Assembly: GCA_009602725.1 (NCBI GenBank)
Contig: WELB01000003.1
Coordinates: 475,457 to 539,456, forward strand
Reading direction: 5' to 3'
Source of the DNA: Spirogloea muscicola
Taxonomy: Eukaryota
Length of the DNA: 64,000 nucleotides
The position numbers and the translations under genes were made by a program. A model generated the notes under the pieces. It saw nothing but the letters and a program-made list of their open reading frames with translations, was not told the DNA's origin and did no database searches. Below are positions 27,790 to 46,833 of the stretch, piece by piece. Position 1 is the first letter of the stretch. Each line of letters starts with the position of its first letter.

Positions 27790-29110
27790 TTCCTTTGAAC
27801 CTTGTCAATGCTTTATTGGGCTGGCTTCTCACAGCCCTCGCCCCCATTGGGAGTGCCACTCTCTAGATTGAGTTTGCATTGAGTGATGGAGTGCCTGAGT
27901 TGGCCACAAGTACAGAAAGCAAGAACATGAACAGAAGGTAAATCACCTGCTGCCAAGCTGACCCGCTCAGTAACGACGAGTCAGCACGTACATGGTCGCT
28001 AACTGATGCCCAGATGCTGGACGGCAGTTTGGCAAGCCCTTGTGCCACCAGCTGAAGCTCGACCAGCTGCTGTCTGGCGCAAAAGCATAGATCCAAGCTC
28101 GCCGCAAACAGGCAACGCATACACGGTATATGGGTACGCGTAATTTAACGCCCGAGGCCCCCCTCTCCCTGCCGCCCCCTCAAAGTTACTACCGCCGCCC
28201 TCCCTTTCCGCCCTGGCACACCCCAGCCGCCGCCACCGCCGCCAGCTCCGCCGCCGCCGCCGCCGCCGCGGCCGCCGCCGCGGGGCGCACGCGGGGCTCG
28301 TGCGGCTGCGTCGAGCCCCGGGGGGGTTCTGTCAACGCCGACCATGGGGAGTTTGACCGGCCCCACGGTAACAAGGGAAAGGCTCTTCCACTGAAAGGCA
28401 GTGGCTGTGAGAGGCCAGACCAAAGGGACGAACACCGGAGTGGGGAATGCGCCCGCTCGCCGGTTGACCGCCTCCCACCAACTCCTGGGCATCGGGCATC
28501 TGCAGCGAGCTAGCTACTCAGACCTGATGTTGCTCACTCGTGGGTACTGAGCTTCCCTCTGCATCGTCTACGTGTTTTGCAGTGTTTTGTAGCGTCGTCC
28601 TGTTTCCGGCTCCTCTTTCTTTGGCTTTGGACATTGTCCATTCTGTTTTGGGATGGCTTTGCCAGCCCCTCTCCTCTATGGGCGAGCACTTTCTTGTTAA
28701 CGACCTCTCCGCGCTGGCTCGTGCTTACTGAGCGGGTCAGCTTAGCAGCAGGTGATGTCAATGTGCTTGCCTCTGTGCTTGACCACTCAGGCCCTCATCA
28801 CTCAATTCACACTCCATCTTCAGCTTCTGGACGTGGAGGAGGAGCAGCTCTCAAAGGGGGCAAAGGCTTGCATAACATTGAAATTGGCTCTTAGGAAGTG
28901 AAGAGACCGCTCTTCAGTGGAAGGCATGACTGTGAGAGTAAGCTCATCCAAAGGAAAAGGAGTGCGGATTAGGTGATGAGGGCCTGAGTGGCCAAGTACA
29001 AAGGCAAGTGCGTTGACAGATGTACATCACCTGCTGCTGAGCTGACCCGCTCAGTAACCACGAGTTAGCACGTAGAGGTCGCTAACTGATGCCCGAATAC
29101 TGAGGGGCGA
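27790..29110. mobile_element. Cluster of 5'-truncated 3' ends of CRE-like non-LTR retroelements in both orientations
   Basis: 27876-28130(-) encodes a decayed ...LPSSIWASVSD.. ORF tail homologous to 63290-63430, followed by the UTR GTTACTGAGCGGGTCAGC...CAGGTGAT...TTGCCTTTGTACTTGGCCACTCAGGCCCTCATCAC. The same UTR occurs at 28706-28810(+) and 28968-29110(-). Terminal motifs at 27817-27860(+), 28381-28425(-), 28650-28690(+) and 28908-28950(-). Confidence 0.75.
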
Positions 29111-29337
29111 GGGCTACTACACTGGCAGCTGTGATAGCGACGAGCCACGTCCGTTTGAAGATGGGCACGGGCTACTTATGAGCTACATTCAACTGAGATT
29201 GTGCTTTGACAATGCATCAAGAGTGGCAAGCTTGACCAACAGGCAGAGCCAGCCTGCTCATCAAGCTCACTGTGCAGAAACATGCTCCAATGATTTCTCG
29301 GCAAGAGTACAGCAAGAGCACTGCTTTCCATGAGACT

Positions 29338-30774
29338 AGTTCTGATGCTTGTCGCACCAGATCTCTAGCAAACTCTGTGCTTGGCAGGTCAGCTTGAAGC
29401 AACATGCCCCACCAAGCAGGATGGCATCCATCAGGAGGCTTACTGGATACTGATTCTGGGAATGTCATCAAGTTGCTGTAATTAGAACTGCATGCCGACT
29501 TGCTACCCCACAGCCAACTGCAAAGACAATAGAACAGCGTTGCCAGCACCACTCATTTTCAGTGGCATCCATCCAGACATTAGCAGCGATTGTGTGCCCT
29601 CACCACCACCACAGTGCAACAGCAAAATTTCTGTGCACCACCACAGTTCTTTGTACAGGTGGCAAATTGCTAATTGCTGACAAGGCCCGAGACAAGTGTA
29701 ATTGCAGGATGTTGGCTGATTCGAACTGCCGTGATTACTCCTGCGCCTTTGGTGCATGCAGCCCAACTGCATACAATGCTCATGCACAACACAGAGCACG
29801 CCCAACATGAGCATATATTCAAAGCACAGTTGCAATGAGCTAATTGCCATTCAACGTGCACTTGAGGGGCCAGCACCTACCTGGATCTGCGATGTAGCTA
29901 CCAGTGCCAGGCTCCAGGTCTGCATCCTCAAAAGCGGCGGTTGTGCCCACGCCGCCGCCTATGCTGGCCGCCGAGGGTCCCATGGCGTGCGGCTGCTCGT
30001 CTGACGACGCCTCTGTGGTGCCTGCCGCGGCGGCGGCGGCGGCGTCGTCCTGGCCAACCGCGCTGGACGTTGCCACGTACAAGTCTGCGGAAGCAGCCGG
30101 GCACACTCAGCCCTGCCGCTGCAGCGAAGGTCGAGTCTAAAACGGAGCAGCGACCGCACCGTCATCGAGCTTCCCGAGTGAGGATGGACAATTCCGGTAA
30201 GAATGGTAGACGAATACGGTGAAGATTGTCACCTGCGTTGGGGTCTGACGGCGCGCTCAGCGAGCCCACATAGTGATCTTCGCCGCCCCCTGTCACGCCC
30301 ACGCGACCCCCCCGGCGACGTCCTCAGGCTTCGCACATGCATATCTCGCGAACTGAGACCTTGGTACGTACTTATGTATTTGGAAATGCACCTCTGAGGC
30401 ATGCGGCCTCGAGGGCCCACAGCAAGAGATGGACGGAGGCGGCCCTCTCTCCCACCTGCCGCGGCCTGCGCTGCGCCGTCTCCGCCAGTGTACATCGCGC
30501 CGGCGTAGTCGGTGACGCCGCCGCCGCCGCCATCGCCGCCGCCGTCGCGGTACTCACCAACGTCGTCAAAGCTGACGTTCTGGCGGCCGTATGCCGGCGG
30601 CGCTTCGTCGGCGTCGGCGACGTCGGCGTCGGCGCCCAGGCGCGCCCGCACCTCGTCGCGGCTCGGCGCGCTGGTGTCCGCCAGCAGGTCTGCGCCGTAG
30701 GCGCCCGTCGCCACGCCCTCGTCGTCGTCGGAGCCGCCTCCAACGCTGTGGCGGCCCGCCCGCGCTTGCGCCAT
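29338..30774 (-). CDS. Unassigned acidic low-complexity exons (possible N-terminal extension of U-box #2, or orphan gene)
   Basis: ATG at 30774 in GC-rich coding-like DNA. Exons 30774-30456, 30084-29881 and 29392-~29338 join through phase-1 GT-AG junctions (MAQARAG...DDDEGV...|DLYVATS...IADP|ADLPSTEFARDLVRQASEL). Confidence 0.5.
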
Positions 30775-31534
30775 TGCCGCCCCGCTCACCTCCGCCGCAA
30801 CCGCCGCCTTTGCCGTCAGACTTGGCCCCGGCGGCGGCGGCGGAGGCGGCGGCGGCGTCGGCGGTTGCGGCGGCGGCGGCGGCGGCAGCGACGGGAGGCC
30901 CTGCAGAGCAAGCCTCTGCCACGTGGCACGAGGCCAGGGCGCCAACTGGGCGTGTATCCGCCCTCTCGTCAACAGCCGACGATCCTGGGTACACAGTGCA
31001 TTTTGGAGCGGCCCGCCGCAGCCCGCCAGGAGGAGGATGCGGCTGCTGGTAATAGAAGAGCGGCTGTGATAATTAGAAAGAAGCAATGATGATTAATCAA
31101 CAGCTCTTCCAGCTGTTGATCATGCTGCTGCTCTTCCAGGCAGGGCGCTCTAAGTACCCCCGTGGTCAGCAACAGGAAGTCAGATGAGCTGAGGGGAAGT
31201 ATGCGGCTGCTGGTACCGAACGAGCGGCTGTACATGCCAGCCAGGTGCATACGGAGGGTTTCATCTTCGCCAGGAGACGAGGTCGCGGCTGTCCCAGGCC
31301 CAGCTTCGCCCTTGGGCCATTCGGTATTCGGGTACCACTCAGCGATCTGTACTTGCTGCCCCGTGGTTACTGGGCGGGTCGGCTTAGCGGCAGTGTCGGT
31401 GTACATCTGTACTGCTTGCCTTCAGACTTGGACAATTAGGCCCTGCATCACTGAGAACCTGCCCCTAGCTTGAAGCAAGCGGAGGGACCGCTGAACTAAG
31501 AGCAGTACGAGCTTCCAGTACAAAAAATCTGGAG

Positions 31535-31720
31535 TGAGTATCTAGTGATGGAGGGCCTGTGTGGCCAAGAACAAAAGGCAAGCACATCACCAGATATACA
31601 TCACCTGCTGCTAAGCAGTACAAGAAGCTGATACAAATGGGGGCAAGGGCGATGGCTGTGAAAGAAGTAAGCTCTTATGGTTAGCTGGCAAAGGCCAGCC
31701 CAAAGGCATGGGCAATGTCT
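31535..31720 (-). mobile_element. Retroelement 3' UTR remnants
   Basis: The + strand reads GTGATGGAGGGCCTGTGTGGCCAAGAACAAAGGCAAGCAC...TACATCACCTGCTGCTAAGCAGTA, matching the 28968-29060 copy. It is followed by a terminal-motif remnant, ATGGGGGCAAGGGCGATGGCTGTGAAAG. Confidence 0.65.
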
Positions 31721-32116
31721 AAAGGGGCCGGGCTTCCATTGAGATTGTCCAGATTGCAATGTTGTAGGTGTTTCTTCGACCACGGCAGGGTCTTCAAGCC
31801 GCGGGTGCGATGCCAGGTCTCATGCACCATTGGAAGAGGCTGCTGCTCATTCAGGGCACCTGCACAAAGCGGCGGCGGCAGGTGAGCTGCTGCCAGCATG
31901 CTAGCATGCTGCTGCTGATGCTGCGGCAATCATGGCAGTGTGACGAGTACCAGCAAAGTTGCAGCCCCCAAGACTTGTACCTGAGACGAGATGGACCAGC
32001 CACTGCTGCACCTCCTAGGCAAGCTGAAGTATGACAGCACTAAGAGTCCCCACATCCACAGCACTGTATGTTGTGCAATATTGTTACAAATAACCAGTGG
32101 TTGCCTTTAAGAGGTG

Positions 32117-35100
32117 CTATGTCACTTCTGCACAAGGACACAATGTTTGGCAAACTTGCACTGAGGAGCTTTCAGACCCCTCGGTTGTGTGCAGCAAGTG
32201 ATCTTCCATCATGTATGTGCACTTGCTTGCAGTCTCCCTTGTGAGCTCCTCGCATGAGCTCTTCGTGCCATATTGGTACATATGGCGCACGAAGAGGAAC
32301 GAGGCACAGTAAGCGACTGAAACGAGCATAAGGCATAAGCCGTAGCACAGGCATGCCATGTAGCCAAAGAAGAAGGACATTTGCATAAGACCCTGCATGT
32401 CGCTACGTGCATAGTAGTAGTAGAAGCAGTAGCCGTAGATGTAGATGCCAGTGGAACCTCCACACAATACCGAGCGCCACCACCACTCATGGTTCTCGCT
32501 TGCGAGCTGGAAGTAGGTAACTGCAACTGCGGTGAGCGCTGTCACAATGAGCAGCATGATGAAGACGACAAAGAGGATGCTGTAGATGGTGTAAGACTTA
32601 AGGCCCCAGACAGTTGCAAATAAGTAGTACAGCTCGATGTAAACACCACTAAACGGCGCGAGGCCCGCCATGGCCATCTGCCCGCGATTGGAGCAAAGCA
32701 GCAGACTTGCTTTGCATTAGGCAAGAAGTACAGGCCTATCCTATCAATGTAGATGTAGATGTGTCCCCCATCTCAAGGCAGTTACGCAATTGGAAATACT
32801 TGTCAGCATTGTGAGAAGGTCATCCATGAGGTCAACAAGTTGCGGTGAAGAAGCTGAGGACAACAGCTGCATGGAGTGTCAAATTGCGCCTTCCTTCCCC
32901 GAAGCCACGCAAATGACACTTAAGTGGCATACCTCGGGCATGGCCTGCCTGTACCATGGCAGAGTGGAAGTCTCGCGTGTATAGTTGATGGTATGACATG
33001 GTGCGCAAAGGTCACTCTCGCTATTTTTCCCTAAAATGCCACCCTGGACCTGGGTGCAGGCCCACAGTGTATTCTTAGACTGGCAGTTGCTGTTGAGCTG
33101 CATAATCAAGCTGCAGGCCTGGCAAATTGCACACCCTGATCTTGATCTGCTACGTGCTCGTTTCTGGGGCCTGACCTGCGCCCCTGCAGAGGGTTCCTTC
33201 CGCCCCTTGCATATGCAAGCCAGAAATAGGCAGGAGGATGCTGGCCATGCAGCAGTATTAAATTCATTTCCTCAGCGTCTAGGCCACTACCATCAAGTAC
33301 CACAATAGCTTCAACTCACCGTTAGTGGAAAGGTAGCAAGGGCCCAGACGATAAAGATGATTACAATGTTGTTGAATGACAGCGCCCGGCTAGATGTGTA
33401 GATGATGGCAGTCATGTTGTTAAAGCAGAAAGTCAGGAAGAGAGGCCCGCAAAAGAGAGAGGCGGTCAGGACAACGTTGTAGAACTGCAATCATACAAGG
33501 AGCCAACGTCATAATGCGAGAAGCTGCACTCTCCCACCCAGCAGATCCACAAAGAGTTGCCAGATTGGCCTCATTGAGTTCCACTCCTGATGCAGCGAGC
33601 AATGGTGCTTGAAGACCAGCGCCAGCGAAAGACAGCGTTAGCAGCCAAGAAGCCACGTCCACTTTCACCGTCACCGCAAAGTGAAGCAATATGTAGCTCA
33701 CCCACTTGTCTCCGCCCATCTGACGGTAGAGGTTGGCAGAGACATAGCCGGCTATGCCTGCTGTGAGCGTGCACAGGACGACTAAAGCCGTGTATATGGA
33801 CCCCCGGTTGTATGGGTGAATGACGCCCATCAGAGCAAGGCCGAAGATGCAGAGGGTTGTTACCAGGAGCTGCGCACCCGTGCCAATGACCGCCGCAAAC
33901 AAGCTACAAGCGGCAAAAGGGGCAATGGGCTCAATATTAACAAAGTTGCACTTATCGTGGATAAAACCATTACAAGATAAATTAATGTGAGACCAGCTGC
34001 ATATGAGAACCAAGCTTTCAGCTCAAACCCCGCTGAGCCGTGACATGGACCTGGCATGGGGCGGGAGGCTGAAATCTTCCTCAAGGATACTTCTCTGCCC
34101 TTTCTCTTCTTGCTCATTGGCGCTCTCCCTTCCCGAAATGTATCTGCAAATGCGGCAATAGAAAGGCAAGCGAGACATTTAAGCCCCAGCAAAGAACCGG
34201 GGACTAAAGCCCTTGGGAAGCTCCGATGGATTCAGCAGCACTAGAAGTGCACACTTCTGAGACAAGGGCAGTGTCCGTGGCGAGTACAAGAGTCTTAAAG
34301 TCTGCACTCCACTAGTAAGTACTCAATGCTTTGCAGCCTTTGCGAGCCTGTCAAGCCTGCACCCTGCTACTTGCCTAGCAAGTATAAGGCTCATTCAATG
34401 ACTCATGGAGTGCAGACTTCATCGATTGTTTGTACTCGCCACGTGTGATGATGATCAGATGATCTGCAGTGGAGCTACACCACCCTATGAGGCAGGGGTA
34501 TAAGGTGTCCCACCTGATGATGGCGTTTTTGAGGACGCGCCAGAGGATTGTGGTGGTTGCCAGTGAGCAGCAAGACAGTGGCGCAGGAAATGATGATGGC
34601 GACTCTGTGCATCTCCAGGTGCTGAGGCAGGTATGAGTACTTGGTATACTTCTCCAAGCGTCGCTCGAACGGCGTGTCCACTTCCATCCACTCCGTGGAG
34701 AAGGAGAACCTGACTGTCAGTGGACCATCCCCGCTGATGTTCACCATCTGGTCGTTCGTTGAGAGGTAGATGTCTATGACGCGGTCGTCGTTGTAGCGCA
34801 CGTTAATATGCATGTGCGTAACCAGGAAATAAGTCTCCTTATCGTCCCAGCTCCGACAATTCCCAACGAAGGAAAAAGTGGGAAGGTCATCAAAAAACAT
34901 CTGCCAGACGAGCCAGGCGAGGAACAGCCAGGGGCAGAGCGGCCATGCTCTCTCATTTTGCCGTGGAACCCAAGGTACCACCTAGTGTGAGCAATGGTGA
35001 CAATGATGGCAAGAAGTCCTACCAACACCAGGCCCCTGGCGGCATTGGTCTCACGCCAAGGGCGAAAGCTCAGCAGATCAGCTGCATGCGTGCGAACCTC

Positions 35101-35646
35101 GACGTAATAGTCCTCCTTGATGGCCTTTCGGAACGTTTTGATGTCGGCCGTCGAGAGCGTGTTGTTGCAGAGGAGCACGTCTTCTTGGCTGACCTTGAAG
35201 CGGACGTCATAGGGGGACTCGATCATGCGGTAGCCTTCCAGCACCTCGAAGAAGCCCTCAGCCTTGTGCGCCGACGGGAGCGCCGGCTTACAGAACGGCA
35301 GGTCGTAGTATCCGTACGTCTCGCTGCGCCGCGGGCACCCGCCATCGGGCGCTTATGATGGTGAGAGGCGCCCCGGGCTCCCACTAAGCTCCCATCAAGG
35401 CATCCTGACTGGCGTCGATCTAGCGGGCGGACGGGCGGCTGATTTGACGGCGGGGGGCGCCGACCTGGGGTTGTGGAACGGCCCGACCTTGCTGGCGAGG
35501 AGCGGGACGCGGTCACGCGGGCTGTACCGGTGCTCGGACGCGGACGGCAGCCGCCACCCGGGCGCCGCCGCCGCGCCGGCGGCCAGCAGCAGCAGCAGCA
35601 GCGGCGGCGGCGGCGGTAGCGCGGGCCGCCGCCGGGCGGTGGCCAT
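32117..35646 (-). pseudogene. Transmembrane 9 superfamily (EMP70/TM9SF) gene, degenerate with an apparent frameshift
   Basis: Signal peptide, then EHRYSPRDRVPLLASKVGPFHNP|SETYGYYDLPFC, MFFDDLP, LFAAVIGTGAQL, GLAPFSGVYIELYYLF and ENHEWWW. A frameshift lies at ~34550-34558, the conserved GWKxxHGDVF motif is eroded, and the C-terminal KxD/E stop is lost. Confidence 0.7.
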
Positions 35647-35749
35647 GGCGCCGGCGAGCGCGGCGACGGCGGCAGCGCCCGCTCAACGCTATGCTGGAAG
35701 GCGGCTCGGAGTCCACTCGAGTCAGCGGGCTCAACTTAAGTCGCCGTTG

Positions 35750-38450
35750 GGACTTGCTTGGCCGCTTTGCCCAGGTGGTGGTCCGTTCTTTTCGGGCTGG
35801 CCTCTGCCGCGGGGCGATGGGCGCTCGGTGGCTCGAGCTGCTCGACCAGCTCGCCCGCCACGCCATCGTTCGCCGCTTCCATGGGGAGCCGGTGGACTTC
35901 CCTGCCGCCGGGTTGCTAGCGCAGGTTTACCGCATGCGCTTGGCCGTCTCGCTGCAGAGGTCTGTGGCCCGCGCGAAGCACCTGCGTGCCGGCAGAGCCC
36001 TCGCTGCTGCCTCTGGCTCTGGCCAGGGGACCCGCTTCCAGGAAACCAGCCTCTCTGACCTGGTGGCGTCCACGCCGGGCGGCGGCGCGCGCATCATTGC
36101 TGATGTGGTCACCATGAATGTGGTCGACCGCTCCAACCCGGGGCTCTCTGCCTCGCGGGCTGGCCACGCTGCGGCGAAGGCCGCTCGCAGCAAGGCGGCC
36201 AAACACTCTGACCGCCCNNNNNNNNNNNNNNNNNNNNNNNATTGACAAGGTTCGAAGGGGCCAAACTACGAGCTAAGCAGCGACTGCGGGGCCTGAAGAG
36301 GCTATGGCAGAACGGGGGAGGATGGACCACTTAGTAGTTACGAGTGAGGAGCCTCACATCCGACAGACTAGCTGCCGGTAAACTATCCCCCTGACGAAAG
36401 CCGGAGGCCGCAGCGAGAGCACGGCCAGCACGCAGATGCAAGGCGTGGGCCATGGACCGCTGGAGGGAAACGGACAAGCGCATACGATACACCTGAGCCC
36501 ACGAGCCAGCGGCGTTGAAGTCAGCCGGCTCACCGCGCCTGCGGGACACAGCGCGCAAGAGAAAGAGAATGGCTCGCCCATTGAGGATAGAAAAGTGGCT
36601 CTCCCAATGGGGGCAAGGGCTGTGAAAAGCCAGCCCGAAAAGAATCGACAAAGGTAAAAAGGGAAAAGCGCGGCCAGGTTGACTGGTGGCTGAAGCGACC
36701 AGCCAAGCGACCGCGTGCCCGGCGAGCGTCGCTGACTTGGCGGGCTTGGCGAAGTCGACGCAATCTGCAGTCACCACATCTGCGATGATACGCGGACCTC
36801 CGCCGGGCGGGATGGCGACTGGGTCAGCGCGGCGGGTGTGGAGCTGTCCGACGGCGCCCAGCTGGATGGGCATAGTTGTCGTATTTTCCACTGTCACCTT
36901 GTTACTGAGTGCTTCGTAGCTGCTTCGTTTCTTTTCTGTGCTTCTTGTTCTTCGTACTTCCCCTGGCCCCTTCTCGTCCTTTGTACATACTTTTCTGGGC
37001 TGGCTTTTTCCAGCCCCTATCCTCAATGGGCGAGCCCTTCTCTCTTGTAGCCGGCCTCCATGAACACGCCCTGCATGCCCTCTCGCAGGAGGTCGTGTGA
37101 ACCGGTCCGCTCGCCCCCGTGCGCGCAGCGGAGCATGTGGGCAGCCAGCGTCGCAGGGTCATCGTGGCGGGCACCGCACTCGCACAGTTGGGCCCCGACG
37201 AGGCAGGGAGGGAGGAGGGCCAGGAGCAGTTGGACCGCCGTCCTGAAAGCCTCGTCTGGTATTGTGAGCGCCGCATAGATTGGGAGCGCTGATAACCACG
37301 CCGCCGCCCCGGGAGGAGGGTGAGAGGATCCGGGCGAGCCATCGAAGGTCGTGCGGCGGAAGGAGCTCCACCACCTGGTCAGAGAAAGTGCTGAAGCACA
37401 CAGGGAAAGGAGCTACGAAACACTCAGTAACCCCTGTTTTAGCAGCCGCAGGTCGGAGAAACTGGTCTCCGAGTAGCGAGGTCCTCTGGCCAGGGCCAGA
37501 CGCTGCAGCCAATGCGCGACCGGCACGCAGATGCAGCCCGCGTGCCATTGACAACTGCAGCGAGACTAACAGGTGCATGCGATATACCTGCGCGAGGGAG
37601 CCTGCTGCATTGAGCATTATAACTCAAAACTCTCTTTGTACTCTTGCAAATGGCAGCCGGAAGAGCACTAAATCGGCTATATAGATTGGCTCTTCCAATG
37701 CAAGGCAATGTATGTGAGAGGCCAGCCCAGAGTTATGTTCAAGGCCTGAGAGGGCCGGAAGCCGCAAAATAGCACGCATGACTCCCCGTGGCTTCTGCGA
37801 GTGGGCGCTCAAAAAACCTCTACTCAGCAAGTGCAGATCACAATAACCAGAGGGAAGGTCGACCCGTCTGGCGTGGAGACCGTCCGCCTTCTGTTGTAGC
37901 AGCATGACCGAGGAGTTCTCGGCGGCCACCAAGAAGCCGGCCTCCACGAGGATGCCATGCATAGCATCGCGGAGAAAGTCGTGCACCGCCGTCCGCTCAC
38001 CACCGTGGGCACATCATAGGTCATGAGCGGCCAGCTCCGCAGTCTCGGCCCCCCTTTGCTCCTCGGTCTACCGCCGCCCTGCCTACCTCTTCCTGCTCGC
38101 CATCAATACTCACGGGGCGTTTGGCGCTCGGTGGCTTGAGCTGCTACACCAGCTCTAACGCAGCGCTTTCTCCCGCCGGATGGGGAGCAGGTGGATTGCC
38201 TTCCAGCCCTTCCAGAAGAAGTTCATGTCTCGGCTGGCTCCTCAAAACCGTTGCCTTACTTTCTTCTTTGTTTCAAGCTGCCAAATGCCAATGGCGGCTT
38301 TAGGGAGTTCACAAGCACGACATATTACCAAATCCATCAATTCAACCATTCTCAAAGGTCATGGCCCAACGTGAGAGAAGCTCTTCAAGAAGGAAGAAGC
38401 TCTTCCATTAGGAGAAAGTAATTATGAAAGGGCCAGCCCAACACTACAAG
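35750..38450. mobile_element. Mosaic of CRE-like (CCHC + restriction-like endonuclease) non-LTR retrotransposon fragments
   Basis: 37380-37046(-): GAAAWLSALP...DEAFRTAVQLLL...CECGARHDDPATLAAHMLRCAHGGERTGSHD (CCHC). 36850-36660(-) and 36057-36217(+): RRAD..IPPGGGPRIIADVVT...GHAA..K..KH (RLE). 35805-36057(+), 36560-36331(-) and 37610-37440(-): YRMRLSVSLQRS.A.A.HLRAGRALAAASG ORF tail. 38045-37850(-) and 38070-38200(+) are further decayed pieces. No RT core is visible. Confidence 0.8.
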
Positions 38451-38996
38451 ATAAGGTCCAGGGGAATCCCAACAGGCAAGGGCAGAGCACTTGTGATTGC
38501 AATGAACATTCGGTTGGGGCTTCAAGCACAGCTCCTCTCAGAAGGCTACTGAGCCTTGTCGGGGCAGCACTCCTCTCCCTCAACGACTCTAGCTTTGCTC
38601 TTCCCGGCTGGTGCGGCAACGCGGTACACTGGCAGATTCTCTGGCCGGCCATGACAGCGACAGCCCGTTCATCCAGCATGGATGATGGCCGATGGTGGCG
38701 CGTACATGGTGGCCATGCAAGGGGCAGTGACTCTGAACCCTAGACAGATTGCCTGTCAGGCATATGAAGGTCAGTAAGACGAGGAGGCTCTATAGCAAGA
38801 TGAGCACCTGCCAAAGCAACAGTCCAGAGCCAACCTCCCATTCATGGATCTGCAATTACAACACCTGTTCAATGCTGATTACACTGCTAACAAGCCTGCA
38901 CAAGAAAGCTGCTAAGCTACTCAGGCATCTGTACTCCTATATTTGAGAGGCAACATGCCAAGAAGGTGGCTTATGAGAAGCGTGTTGCCTGTAAAT

Positions 38997-46344
<7,348 letters not shown>

Positions 46345-46833
46345 TACCGTCGGAGCCCGCATGCAGCAAGCGTTCCAGAGGTAGCCACGCCGAACCCCAG
46401 GAGGCTGTCAATAAAGAGCAACGCGAGTAGCGGGAGAGGCAAGCCGAGCCTCCCGCGGTAGATTGTCCGTGGTCAGGGGGCCGTCGCAGTCGCCGTCGCC
46501 ATCGCCGTCAGCGGCGGCGACGGCGGCGGCAGCGGCGGCGGCGGCGGCGGGCCCGCGGAAGCGCAGGTCCGTCCCCCGGGGCTTACAGCCATTGAAGTGG
46601 TGATATGCCTGACGGCGTATCACCACTTGGAAAGTCCCGCTGTTGAACGGCGTAGGCTGCCGTCTCGGAGGCCCGCCGGCAGCCGTGGCAACCCGACGCG
46701 GACTGACTCTGAGCTAACGATAAATGTCAAGAGGCTGCCCGTTAGCACAGACGTGAAGTGTCGAGTCAGTGTCCGCCTCGCCCGCCGCCTCTTGCGGCGG
46801 GAAGTGCGCCGCGGCTCCCGCGAGCCCTGCGCC
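46345..46833. promoter_or_regulatory. Putative bidirectional promoter/5' UTR region between NAA25 and PEX14
   Basis: Divergent ATGs (46344 minus, 46834 plus) are only ~490 bp apart in CpG/GCG-rich DNA. Confidence 0.5.

Noticed and set aside
27817..38442. Recurrent ~45-nt repeat interpreted as a CRISPR-like array
   Set aside because: Copies are diverged, irregularly spaced and on both strands, and follow retroelement ORF ends. There are no cas genes and the context is eukaryotic.
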